A stretch of DNA of 64,000 nt from Octopus vulgaris (lineage: Eukaryota). Below the pieces are notes generated by a model. It made no database searches, had not been told where the DNA came from, and saw only the letters and a program-made list of their open reading frames with translations. Below, in pieces: positions 13,301 through 26,800 of the stretch. Made by a program: the position numbers and the translations under genes. The first letter of the stretch is position 1. Each line of letters starts with the position of its first letter. The stretch spans positions 87,916,001 through 87,980,000 of the forward strand of contig OX597824.1 of NCBI GenBank assembly GCA_951406725.2, written 5' to 3'.

Positions 13301-16300
13301 TGGCAGTGACTTCGCTCGAATCTTTTTACACATGCCACCGGCACATGTGCCAGTAAAGCGACATTAGTAATGATCATGCAGTAAGGCGACGTTGGTAATG
13401 ATCTGTTTTACATTCAAATTGGCCATGTCTAGCTTCTCACACCTACCCTTCAATGTCATTCTAAAAATATACAAACACAACATTGAAATCTTGAAGCTAA
13501 GAGATAATGCATGATTAATTCAAAACAATGTGAATAAATAACTCCTTACTCTTTTACATGTTTCAGTCATTTGATTATGGCCATGCTGGAGCACCGCTTT
13601 TTTTTAGCCGAGCAAATCGACTCCAGGACTTATTCTCTGTAAGCCTAGTACTTATTCTATCGGTCTCTTTTGCCGAACTGCTAAGTTATGGGGACATAAA
13701 CACACCAGCAACGGTTGTCAAGCGATGTTGGGGGGGACAAACACATACACACACACATATATATACACACACACATATATATACACACATACATACATAT
13801 ATACGACGAGCTTCTTTCAGTTTCTGTCTACCAAATCTACTCACGAGGCTTTAGTCGGCCCAAGGCTATAGTAGAAGACACTTGCCCAAGGTGCCACACA
13901 GTGGGACTCAACTCGGAACCATGTAGTTCACAAGCAAGCAAGCTACTTACCACACAGCCACTCCTACATTTGACAGAATAATCTGACTGCTAAAGGGTTA
14001 AGCATTCTCTGAACCCTTTGCTTGTCTGTCTTAAATGTTCATGCTTGTTTTTAGACTTAGCCCTCATTTGATACATTCAGAGTGATCTAAAGCTTTCTCT
14101 GGTGGTTGAAAGAAGTTAGGAATGTCTATTATATATGATGCTTAGATGCCAAGATAATATGTCCTGTGTATCATGTGTCATGCATAGAACAAGCAAAGGG
14201 TTAATTATGTAAAAAAAAAAATCAATAAACAACCAGTTGTCACACTAGTCATGTTACAAAATGAAATTCTTTCCAAATGAGGAAGAAAGGAAATTGCTAA
14301 TAAATATTAATTTTTTTAATCCTTTTGATACCAACCCGGCCGAAACCGCCTATGGCTCTGAGTACAAATGTTTTGTTTTCATAAGTTTTGAATTAAAATC
14401 TTCCACCAAACCTTAGTCACAATTTATGTTCCTAACACTATCTTAATTATAACTAAGTTATTTTACTAAATTCTTTGTTATATTTAAAATTAATTGAAAG
14501 AAACCCAGAGCATCTCAACAGAAATATGGTAACAAAAGGATTAGCAAATGATTAATTTAACCCTTTTGATACAAACTTGTCTGAAACTGCCTATGGCTCT
14601 GTAGTACAAATGTCTTGTTTTCATAAGTTTTGAATTAAAATCTTCCACCAAACCTCAGTCACAATTTATGTTCCTAACACTAGCTGAATGATAACTAAGT
14701 TATTTTACTAAATTCTTTGTTATATTTAAAGTAATTGAAAGAAACACTGAACATCTCAACAGAAATACAGTAATGAAAGGGTTAATTGTGTGATTGAGCT
14801 GTTTGTAATGTATCACACACCTTCATCTGGTAGTTTATTTGTTATAATTATTTACTTTGAGATGGAATGCAGAGGGTTTGTAGGCCAATCTCCATCCCTT
14901 TGCAGAGCTTACATGCTTGACATCACAGGGGCCAGGTTGACGGACAGAAAGCCAACTGTCTGTGGAGGCAGCAGAGTTTGCCTCAAGCTGGCTGTGGATC
15001 AGGAGGTGAGGGCTATGGAAGGAGCAGTGCTACCAAGGGCGGTGCTAACTGAACACAGGGTGGGTGTCTGGTGTTGAAAGACCCAAAACACCTAATGACC
15101 TCAAGAAACATCACTGATGATTTATAGAAAATCTTCAATGGCCCAGTGGTTAGTGCAGCGAACTCGTGGTCAGAGGATCGCAGTTTCGATTCCCAGACCG
15201 GGTGTTGTGTGTGTTTATTGAGCGAAAATGCCTAAAAAGCTCCATGACCCTTGTTGTACTCTTTCGCCCCAACTTTCTCTCACTCTCTCTTCCTGTTTCT
15301 TGAGTAATGCTGCGATGGACTGGCGTCCCGTCCAGCTGGGAGGAACACATACGGTTTTAAACGGCGGTGCATCAGCATGGCCACAGCTCTGAACTGAAAC
15401 TAGAGAAAAAAAAAGCATAAAATAGACCAGCTTCTCTCCCTCTCTCTCTTTCTTTCCCTTGTTAGCTATTTCATTTCTTTTACCAGTTATTTTATTTTAA
15501 CGGCTAATAGATAAACCATAGAAACTCCTAATTAATTTTATGATTTCTAATGTATTTAATCAGTTGGATCACACAGAACTCCTTCATATCTACTGCCATC
15601 TCATTTTGAAATACGTTGAATGGAACCTATGGGATCACATCATTGAAGATATCAGTTTGCTGGTTTCAACTTGTATTGAACTCCTTAAAAGATCAAGCAA
15701 GCCGCCATCAGATGTAAGACCAAATCTATATTTTCTTTCTTAGATCTATAAAAGAGCCTTTTATTTTAGCATGACATTTTAGCCATTTTAATATCCTAAA
15801 TTGTTTTTTTTTTTATTATTGCACAAGAGATATATTTTATATTATATGAAACAATCTTATGTGTTATGAAATTGATACTAAGGTTACGTGATCAATTTTT
15901 AAGCGAATATTAATTTAAAAATTGAATCCACTTGCGAAAACCTGTTGGAGCAAGTGAAATCAAAATTTAACCAAATTCGATGACTGGTACCTGTGCCAGT
16001 GGAGCGCTAACAGCTCCATCCGAGTGGGATCACTGCCAGAGCAAATAAAAAGCACCATTTGAGCGTGATTGTTACCAGTGTCGCCTTACTGGCACTTGTG
16101 CAGGTGGCACGTGAACAAAACATTCAAGCGAGGTCATTGCCAGTGCCACTGGACTGATTCCTGTGCAGGTGGCACATAAAAAACACCATTTTGAGCATGG
16201 CTGTTGCCAGTACCGCCTGACTGGCCCTCATGCCGGTTGCACGTAAAAGCACCCACTACACTCTCGGAGTGGGTGGCATTAGGAAGGGCATCCAGCTGTA

Positions 16301-19300
16301 GAAACTCTGCCAGAGCAGACTGGAGCCTGGTGCAGCCATCTGGTTCACCAGCCCTCAGTGAAATCGTCCAACCCATGCTAGCATGGAAAGCGGACATTAA
16401 ACGATGATGATGATGATGAATCACTTGAAATCATCCACCTTGAAATTCTAAGGGTGACACTCATCATCATAATCATTTAACACCCATTTTCCATTCTGGC
16501 ATGGGTTCTGTGGTTTGACAGGAGCTGGCATGGCTGGAGAGCTGCACCAGGCTCCAGTTGCCTGTTTTGGCATAGTTTCCACGGCATCACCACCAGTGCT
16601 ATTACATGATACCGGCACAAGTGCTTCCTACATGGTACTGGCGTGGGTACTTCTAATGTGTTACCGGCATCGGTACTTTTCGCTTGGCACCGTACAATGT
16701 TGAATAATATTTTCTCTCTGTTCCTTGTTATTATGGGCTGATATTGTGGTGTACTGTTTGTGTCATAACTTCTTTAAAAAAGAAAATCATTTGTTCATAG
16801 ATGTCACGTGATGATGTGACCAACCAGGCTATCAGATGTTGCTACACATCGCTGGTCACAATGTGCTTCGCGTTGTTTTAGCCATCAAATGACGCCACCC
16901 TGGTGGCTAAGTGAGCAGGCCAACAGAAGAAAGAGTAAGAGAAAGTTGCGGCGAAAGAGTACAGCAGGGATCACCACCAACCCCTGCTGGAGCCTTGTGG
17001 AGCTTTAGGTGTTTTTCGCTCAATAAACACTCACAACACCCGGTCCAGGAATCGAAACTGCGATCCTATGACCTGCAAGTCTGCTGCCCTAACCACTGGG
17101 TCATTGCGCCTCCACAAGTATGCATAAATAATACAAGTATGGATAAATAAATACTAAAAAAAAAAAGAAAATGAAACAGATAAAATTTTTTTAATGACAT
17201 TTTTATTTGGGAATTTTGAAAATTTATTTTCTTATTTTGAACAACTGCAGGTTTCTATCTCAAGCCAGCTATCGCAGGCCTTCGCAATGAGTCTTTTAGG
17301 AACAATAACCAAAATTTTATATCATAATAAGCTCTGCTATTCTCATTGTGAAATTCGGTCAATGTTGAAAGACTTCTCTAAAGATTTTGATAGCAATTAC
17401 TTGAACCTCACCAAACCCAATTCCCTGGAATGTGAAAACAGGTGAGTAATAAATGTTATTAATGTAGATGGGTTGGTTTTAAGCTTAAAAATCCTTACTT
17501 TAACCTTGTTTTATTTCAGTAAATTTAAAATCTTTTACATTCATTTTTTACCTTCTTGTTAGGGTGGGATAGTCTTTTTGTTGGTACACTTGATTTTACT
17601 GGCGGGTCCTCCTATTTCTGAATGACCGATGAAGGTTCCATGACTTCTTGCTGAACAACCTTCACAGACAAGTGCCAGTAAGGCGACGCTGGTAACGATC
17701 GTACTCGAATAGCCACTCTGTCAACAATCACACTCATATGGTGCTCTTAGCACCCTACTAGCACGAGCACAAGTGCCAGTAAGGCAATGCTGGTAATGAT
17801 CATGCTCGAATGGTGCCGTTTAAGTGCTACTGGCATGGAAGCCAGTTAGCCACTCTGGTAACGATCACGCTTGGATGGTGCCTTTTACAAGCCACCGGCA
17901 CGGATGCCAGTTAGCCGTTCTGGCAACGATCACGCTCGGATGGTGCTCTTAGCACCCTACTAGCATGGGGCACAAGTGCCAGTAAGGTGACGCTGGTAAC
18001 GATCACACTCGAATGGTGCCTTTTATGTGCCACTGGCACGGAAGCCAGTTAGCCACTCTGGCAATGATCACACTCGTATGGTGCTCTTTGCACCCTGCTA
18101 GCACGGGGCACAAGTGCCAGTAAGGTGACATTGGTAATGATCACACTCGAATGGTGCCTTTTATGTGCCACTGGCACGGAAGCCAGTTAGCCACTCTGGC
18201 AATGATCACACTCGTATGGTGCTCTTTGCACCCTGCTAGCACGGGGCACAAGTGCCAGTAAGGTGACATTGGTAATGATCACACTCGAATGGTGCCTTTT
18301 ATGTGCCACTGGCACGGAAGCCAGTTAGCTGCTCTGGTAACGATCACACTTGTATGGTGCTCTTTGCACCCCACTAGCACGGATGCCAGTCATCGAATTG
18401 ATTTTGATTTTGATACATTTAAAAAATTTTATCTTCTGCTAATTAAAGTGAAAAATCAAGCTTTAAAACATTGTTTAGTCTAGTTTTTGAAATATTTATA
18501 AAAATTGTCTTTATTATTATTTCGTATATGCACAACAGATTAAACTATTGGAAAAGTGGAATTTCTAACATTTGGGTACAACAAGTAACTTTAGATGTCA
18601 AGAGCAATCCTAAGTATTCTGCCTGTTCCTAATAACACTGTTTTCTGGAGCAGTACTAAACCATGTTTGATGTCTATTTCTTCCATCCATCTATTCCGGT
18701 GAGGTGGCAGAAGTGTTAGCGCACTGGACGAAATGCTTAGCAGTATTTTGCCTGTCGTTATGTTCTGAGTTCAAATTCAGCCAAGGTCGACTTTGCCTTT
18801 CATCTTTGCAGGGTCAATAAATTAAGTGAAACACTGGGGTGAATGTGATCAACTAGACCCCTCCCCACAAATATCAGGCCTTGTGCCTTTAGTAGAAAGC
18901 ATTATCATCATTATCATCATCATCATCATCATTGTTGTTGTTGTTATTTTTATTATTATCTCTATACATATTTAAATGGCAAAATGTGTGTGTGTGTGTG
19001 TGTCCTTTATACAAATCCACAATATTTCAGTTTGAGGGCTCGCACTTTCTATGGTCATTCAAAACTGTCCAAGGGTGGTCGTGCACATCTTTACATTTCC
19101 CCAATCACCCCACAAAGCCATTAAAAAATCAATAGAAGTGACTTTTTTGTGAATTTTCTATCCAAAACCCAATCAAAATGCCCGAAACTTGATACGCCAT
19201 TTGAATGCCAGCTAGCTGTATGTGATTGGTTGGAGATTTGGACAGTACTCGCGTGTATGTGCGCAGGCACGCAGCTGTATATGCATGCACTAACACTATG

Positions 19301-19327
19301 ACCCGGTGTTGCTGGGTCATAGTGCTA

Positions 19328-19365
<38 letters not shown>

Positions 19366-20814
19366 CTGTTTTCTTTTGTTTTTCTTTAAACAGTGGGAAA
19401 GATGCTGACAAAAATCAAGTATTAATATACGCATGGGGCAAACTCAGCAGCCTTTATTCCATAAACAGATGGTGGTGTATGCTGTACTTTAGCCAAATTC
19501 AAGAAAAGTCGGTCTCTGATTTGAATGAGTCTGAAAAGTTACTCCAACAAACAGTGGACGCTCTTTGTCTTGGTTCTGGTGACAGTGCTTTACCAATGCT
19601 TAAGTGCCTCGAAAACGATATTGCTCAGGTAAAAAACTAATTGAAAGATTTTTTTAATCTTTTACTAAAGGACATAGTTAGTTAGTTAATTTGGCTCAAA
19701 AGCAAATAGCAAGGCCATGTAGGGAGACATGGAGTTAAGTACAGGGTGGTGTTCATGTAAAGAGTTCAGGCCACTTGAGGTCAAGGGAGGCTTTGAACAA
19801 AGCGGTCGTCGGCATCTTCACCATCTCGTCTGGCAGCTTGTTCCACAGATCCGCAACCCGGACGGAGAAAGCTCCTCTCCTTTGATTGAGATGAAATCGT
19901 CGCAGGTAGAGCTTTTCGGAATGACCCCGCAGCCGACGCTCTGGAGCAGGAGTGAAGAACAGCTCTTTCGAGAGGTTACACTTTCCGCTTATGATGTTGT
20001 GGGCGAGAATGAGATCACCACGGCGGCGGCGTTTTTCAAGAGAATAAAGGTCGAGCGTCCTTCTGCCTTTCTTCATAGGACAAATTTTTGAGACCATGAA
20101 CCATGCGGGTAGCCAGCTTCTGGACTCTTTCGAGATGAGGAGATAAGGAGATAAGGAGAAGAGGCTTGAATCCCGTACTCCAATATGGGTCTCACCAGCG
20201 TGACATAGAGTGGTAGGAATATGGCTGCTGTGAGCATTCCGAATGACCATCGAACATGTTTTTATTGTTTGCTGTTTGTTTGCTTCCATTTAAAGTTAAG
20301 TGCAATGCAATATAAAATGGTTTAGGAAAGTTGAAGAATATAACAAATTCGTCATCATCCTCATCATCGTTTAACGTCCGTTTTCCATGCTAGCATGGGT
20401 TGGACGGTTCGACCGGGTCTGGCAAGCCAGGTGGTCGCACCAGGCTCCAGGCTGATCTGGTAGTGTTCCTACAGCTGGATGCCCTTCCTAACGCCAACCA
20501 CTCTGTGAGCGTAGTGGGTGGTTTTTATGTGCCAGGGGAGGCTGGCAGCGGTTATGATCGGCTGGTGCTTTTTACGTGCCACTGGCACGGCAACCGGTTA
20601 TGGTGGCGCTGGCATTGGCCACGTTCGGATGCTGCATTTTATGTGCCACCGGCACAGGTATCACAACTACAATTTCCATTTGACCCCATGACTTATTCTA
20701 TCAGTCTCTTTTACTGAACTGCTAAGTTACAGGGACGTAAACACACCAGCATCGGTTGTCAAGCGATGTTGGTGGGGACAAACACAGACACACAAACATA
20801 TACACACACATACA

Positions 20815-20845
<31 letters not shown>

Positions 20846-23800
20846 GACGGGCTTCTTTCAGTTTCCGCCTACCAAATCCACTCACAAGGCTTTGGTCGTC
20901 CCGAGGCTATAGTAGAAGACACTTGCCCAAGGTGCCACGCAATGGAAATGAACCCGGAACCATGTGGTTGGTAAGCAAACTACTTTACCACACAGCCACT
21001 CCTGCGCCTATCTTGAGTTTTATATCTTATTGCAGCCTTTCATTAATCTTTCCTCGGGAAATATATCAAATCCAACTTACTTCAGGCTTCATTGTTTTAA
21101 TATGTCGTTGTGTTTTTCATAACAGGTAGCCTCTGAGCCAGCTTTCTGTGATATTATTGTCAATGCAATGAATGTTGCATGGAATCGCATTGAGGAAGAA
21201 CACAAGTCAGCATCTTATTGGCAGTTGTTTGAAGCCTATGTCACTAGTTGTTTCCAAACTGAGACCATCAGATCTGCACCTGATTCTTCTGTCAATAAAT
21301 TTCTTCAGGAGGTAATGTTTCTTGGATCCTTGATTTTGTTTTGTTTTATGTTTCATCTATTTTTTTTTTATTCTCTTGTTGGACTACATAGATAAATAAA
21401 GAAGGGAGGAATAAAAAAAAGCAGGGTTTCATGTCTGTGTGAGTATATGTGTGTATGTTTGTGCGTGTGCAAGGGAAGTATGTGAATGTTTGTATGTGTG
21501 ATTATTATGTACCTTATTTATTTATAAATTACTACAATTAGCCATCATTAATGACGGCATGTGGTCAGCTATTATGGTCATTGTTATCAATGTCATTTTA
21601 ATTTTGTGTCTTTAGGCCTGGAATATTTCTGTGATTGTCAGTTATTTTATTTTCATTATATATTATATTATCGTTTGAAAATAAATGAAATGACTTTTAC
21701 TGATGCTTCAGATATAAGATAATCTATGGTTTGTCATGCTGCATATAATTACTTAAACTAGTAATTGCATGAGAAACCTAATTAAAAATTAGCTGTCATT
21801 ATAATTGAAACAGTGTACTATTTGTAAAGGAACTTGACATATCAAATAGATCACTACTCAACTTAATCAACTTTCTTAATTATTTATGAATTGATTGCAT
21901 CAGTGAAGAGGATACCTTTGTTAATCCTTCTTCTTTTAACTCTTTAGCATTCATCAAAATTTCAAAGCTACAGGATAACACATGATTAATTCAAAGCAAT
22001 CTGAATAAACAAGCATTGCATTTGACAGAGTTATTTGCTGAATGCCACAATATGATGTATATATCATAGAGAGAAAGAGTCTGTAGCAAGTGATAATGTT
22101 AGATGCATTTCAGCCTTGTTAGGCATTATCAATAACACATACTCACAGCATGCTTAGGTGAAATTTGTCACCATAGATATATAATAAAACAGTGAAAAGC
22201 AATCATTGGTGTTGCTGGTAGGAACCCAGCTGAATAAAACTCCTTTATATGCAACAGAAGCAGTATTAAATTAAAATAACCATTTACATATACTTAACCC
22301 TTTTGTTACCAACCCGGCTGAAACTGGCTCTGGCTCTGAGTACAAATGTCTTGTTTTCATAAGTTTTGAATTAAAATCTTCCACCAAACCTTAGTCGCAA
22401 TTTGTTCCTAACACTAGCTGAATAATAACTAATTTATTTTACTAAATTCTTTGTTATATTTAAAATTAATTGAAAGAAACACAGAGCATCTCAAAATAAA
22501 TACAGTAACAAAAGGGTTAAATAATTTGAATGTGTTAGGGAAGATAAGATTTTAGGATTTCCTTCTTGTTTTAAACTTTAATAATTTTCATTTGATGTCT
22601 CTTTTTATGCAGAAACATTATCAGATTGTCATGTCCAGAATTCAAAGAAATTGTTTCATTTTTATCTAAATTTTTTTTCTTTGCTAGAATAGTCTACTAA
22701 TTCTTCAAATAGGAGAGGAGAGAACTGGTATGGCAAATATTTTCATTAAACATTTATGTAAAGTCTTTCAAAGTGATGGAATGAGTCAGTATGCTGAAAA
22801 TTTCACCAGAACTATAATTAAGGCTTGTACATATGGAACTGTGTATCGGAAAAATGAAAGGTAGGTTCATGCTCCCACTGAATAACCTTAACTGGTCTCC
22901 CTCTTGTTACCAATGACATTTTAATTTTGGGTCTTTAGGCCTGAAATATTTCTGTGATTGTCAGTTATTTTATTTTCATTATATATTATACTAGCAGTAT
23001 CGCCCGGCGTTGCTCGGGTTTGTTTCGACCCTTTAGAATTGGAATTTTTGAAAAGTAAAAATTTTGCATTATGTACAGGGCCTGTTTGGTGGTACTGGCA
23101 ACAGCCACGCCCAAATGGTGCTTTTTACGTGCCACCTGCACAGGAGTCAGTCCAGCGGCACTGGTAACGACCTCGCTTGAATGTTTTGTTCATGTGCCAC
23201 CAGCACAAGTGCCAGTAAGGCGACGCTGGTAACGATCACGCTCAAATGGTGCTTTTTATGTGCCCACTGGCACAGAAGCCAGACAGTTGCTCTGGCAGTG
23301 ATCCCGCTTGGATGGAGCTGTTAGTGCTCCACTGGCATGGGTGCCAGTCATCGAATTTGGTTCAATTTCGATTTCACTTGCCCCAACAGGTCTTCGCAAG
23401 CAGAGTTTAGTGTCCAGTGAAGGGAGGTTGGCATGGGTGCCAGTCATCGAATTCGGTTCGATTTCGAATATGTATTCATATATATTACAGTGATTGTTTT
23501 AAAATTTTGTATAGGTTCCAAGAGTTTGTTGTAAAGTTCTTATTCTGTTTTATTTTAAGATTCCGACAGGATGTCTCTGCTTTTATCGGCAGCATCCAAA
23601 GTGAATGTGCCATCAATGAGCTCCAATCTAAGTGAGTGACCATTTTCCATTTTGTTCTTGTTTTTGTCACAAAACATTTCTATTATTTGTGTTGTTTTTT
23701 TATTGTTTTAATTTATATTCTAAATGAAAACAGTTGAAAATTAGAATATTTTGTTGTCTTTTTTTTTTTTTTAGATACTAGAAATATCTAAGATTTAGTA

Positions 23801-26800
23801 CACAAATATTTGTTTCTTAACCCTTTAGTGTTCGCATTATTCTGCCAAAATTAATGCTTTTTCATCCACATTGTTTTGAACTAATCATGCATTATCTTGT
23901 AGCTATGAGATTTTGATGAGGTAGCTGTTAATTTTTAAAATGATATTGTAGGGTTGGTGTGAGAGACCAGATCTGGCCAGTATGAACATAAAACAGGCAG
24001 AATACTTTTGGCCGGATATGGCCGGTTTAATTGCTAAAGGGTTAACATTACTAGAAGACATAATTCTGAACTAAAATAAAAGAAATTGTAGCCAAATCAT
24101 AAAAGAATGTATTTATATAAAGTCTTCAACAAAAATTTCCAAAATTAAAAAAAAAAATTGAAAATATTTGTGTTGCAGCTTTTCTAGGTGTGATATGGAA
24201 GTACGAATGTTGACAATTAACTGGTTAACACAGCTCAATGTCTCTGATTCCAAGCACTGCCATTTAGTACATTCCTTGATTGTAGCTTTAATAGAAAAGC
24301 ACAGAGAAATTAACCAATTCAGATCGTACCGGAACTTTGCCAATTCCTTACCACATCGGCTCAAACAAAGGATAATCCAAGCATTAGTTTTGTTCAAAGA
24401 ATTTATATTAGAAGTAAGTGATGTTCCTTTTTATAATCTTATTCTCTGATATGAAAGAATTAGAAATTGAATGTTAAATATTGAAAAAAAAAATTGGGGT
24501 TTCAAATTTTGGCACAAGGCCAGCAATTTCGTGGTGGTGGTGGTGGTGGTGGTTAAGTCAGTAACATTGACTCTAGTGTTCAATGGGTAATTATTTTATT
24601 GATCCTGAAAGGATGAAATGCAAAGTCCACCTGGCAGAATTTGGACTCAGAACATGAAGACAGATGAAATGTTGTTAAGCGTTTTGCCCAGAATGGTAAC
24701 TGTTCTGCTAGCTCGCCAACAAATATTAAAAAAAAAAAAATTTGGATTTCAAATTTTGTCACGGGCCAACAATTTTGCAGGAGGGGTAAGTCGATTATAT
24801 TGACATCAATCCTCAGCTTGTACTTACTTTAACAGCCTTGAAAAGATGAAAGGCAAAGTAGTCAACCACAGTGGAATTTGGAGTCAGAACATAAAGACAG
24901 ACGATATGCTATGCTGCTCTGCATTTTGCCCTGCATGCTAACAATTTAGCCTACTTGCTACCAAATATTGAACAAATATTGAAGTTAGAAATAACATCAT
25001 TATCATCGTTTAACATCCGTTTTCCATGCTGGCATGGGTTGAACAGTTTGACTGGTGACTGGCAAGCCCGAAGACCACACCAGGCTCCAATCTGATCTGG
25101 TAATATTTCTACAGCTGGATGCCCTTCCTAACAACAACCACTCCGAGAGTGTAGTAGGTGCTTTTTATGTGCTACTGGCATGGAAGCCAGTCAGGTGGCA
25201 CTGGCATCAGCGAAGTACGGATGGTCCTTTTTACATATCAGCGGCACAGGAGATAGTTGGGGAAGAGGGGGGGGGCTGGTATCAGCCACGTTCAGATGGT
25301 GTTTTTTATGTGCTACCAACACAGGGAGCCAGTTAGGTGGCTCTGGCAGTGAACCATGCATGAATGGCGTTCTGACACTTCTTTAAGGCCTTGACCGAAA
25401 TAGATATGATTTATGATTCCTTTTGGTAAAGCCTAATTTGTCATGCTCTTTGCCATTTATTTTTGCATTGCTGGCATGGCTGTGTGGTGAGAAGTTCACT
25501 TCCTAACCATATGGGTCGGGGTTCAGCCTCACTGAAAGAAGCCCATCGTGTGTGTGTGTGTTTGTTTTACCGTTTCTTTGCCTTGACTTTGCATGAAAGT
25601 TGCAAATAAGGGTCACTATCATACATGCAGTATTCTTCATTTGCAAGCTTCTGTGAAAACATGTCTGGCCATAGGGAAAATATTACCTTATGGAAACCTA
25701 TAGGCGTCGAGCTGGCAGAAATGTTAGAATGCCGGGCGAAATGCTTAGCGGTATTTCGTCTGCCGTTATGTTCTGAGTTCAAATTCCACCGTGGTCGACT
25801 TTGCCTTTCATCCTTTCGGGGTCGATAAATTAAGTACCAGTTGTGTACTGCAGTCGATGTAATCGACTTAATCCCTTTGTCTGTCCAAGTGTTGTCCCCT
25901 CTATGCTAAGCCCCTTGTGGGCAATAAAGAAATAAGGGAAATATTACCTTACTTGGAAAAAGGTGAGGGTTGGCAACAGGAATGGTATCCAGCTGTAGAG
26001 AATTTACCTCAGTAAATTCCGTCTGACCCATGCAAGCATGGAAAATCATCATCATCATCATCATCATTTAGCATCTGTTTTCCATGCTTGCATGGGTTGG
26101 ATGGCTTCACAGGAACTGGCAAGGGCAGGGGTCGTACCAGGTTCCATTTTCTCTTTTGGTTTGGTTTCAAAGGCTGGATTCCCTTCCTAATACCAAACAC
26201 TCCACAGAGTGAACTGGGTACTTTTTACTTGGTGCCAGCACAAGAGCCAGTCAGGTGGCCTTGGCACTAATCACTTTCAGATAGTGCTTTTTACATGCCA
26301 AAGGCACGGGAGCCAGTCACGGGGCCACTGGCATTAACCATGTTAGTAGGTGATATTACTGGTAGGTGATTGATTGCATCTTCTGGAAACATAACTGGAT
26401 GAGAAGTAGTTTGTGGAACTGTTACTTATGTTGTCAACAAAAGCTTTTGTGTGTGTGTGTCTGTATATAACCCTTTAGTGTTCACATTATTCTGCTAAAA
26501 TTAATGCTTTTTTATCCACATTGTTCTGAACTAATCATGCATTATCTTGGTGCCATGCGATTTTGATGAGGTAGCTGTTAATTTTTAAAACAATATTGTA
26601 GGATTGGTGTGAGAGACCAGATCTGGTCAGTTTGAACATAAAACAGGCTGAATACTTTTGGCCGGATTTGTCCAGTTTAAATACTAAAGGGTTAATAAGT
26701 CAGCTGTTTAAAGCATATTTAAACAAAGCCATATGGCAATTAAACAATGATGATGAGTAAAAAAAATCTACTTTTACAAACTAATTATAACAGGTTTTGA

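Noticed and set aside
17668-18395. CRISPR-like array
   Set aside because: The intervening sequences are themselves repeated (no unique spacers), the context is a eukaryotic intron, and there are no cas genes.
18539-18584. Extra TARBP1 exon ([15 protein letters not shown])
   Set aside because: Its available donors give phase 0, but the flanking exons already join in phase 2.
20400-20717. Recurrent [11 protein letters not shown] and [17 protein letters not shown] ORFs as a gene family
   Set aside because: They are chance frames within SINE families D and A.
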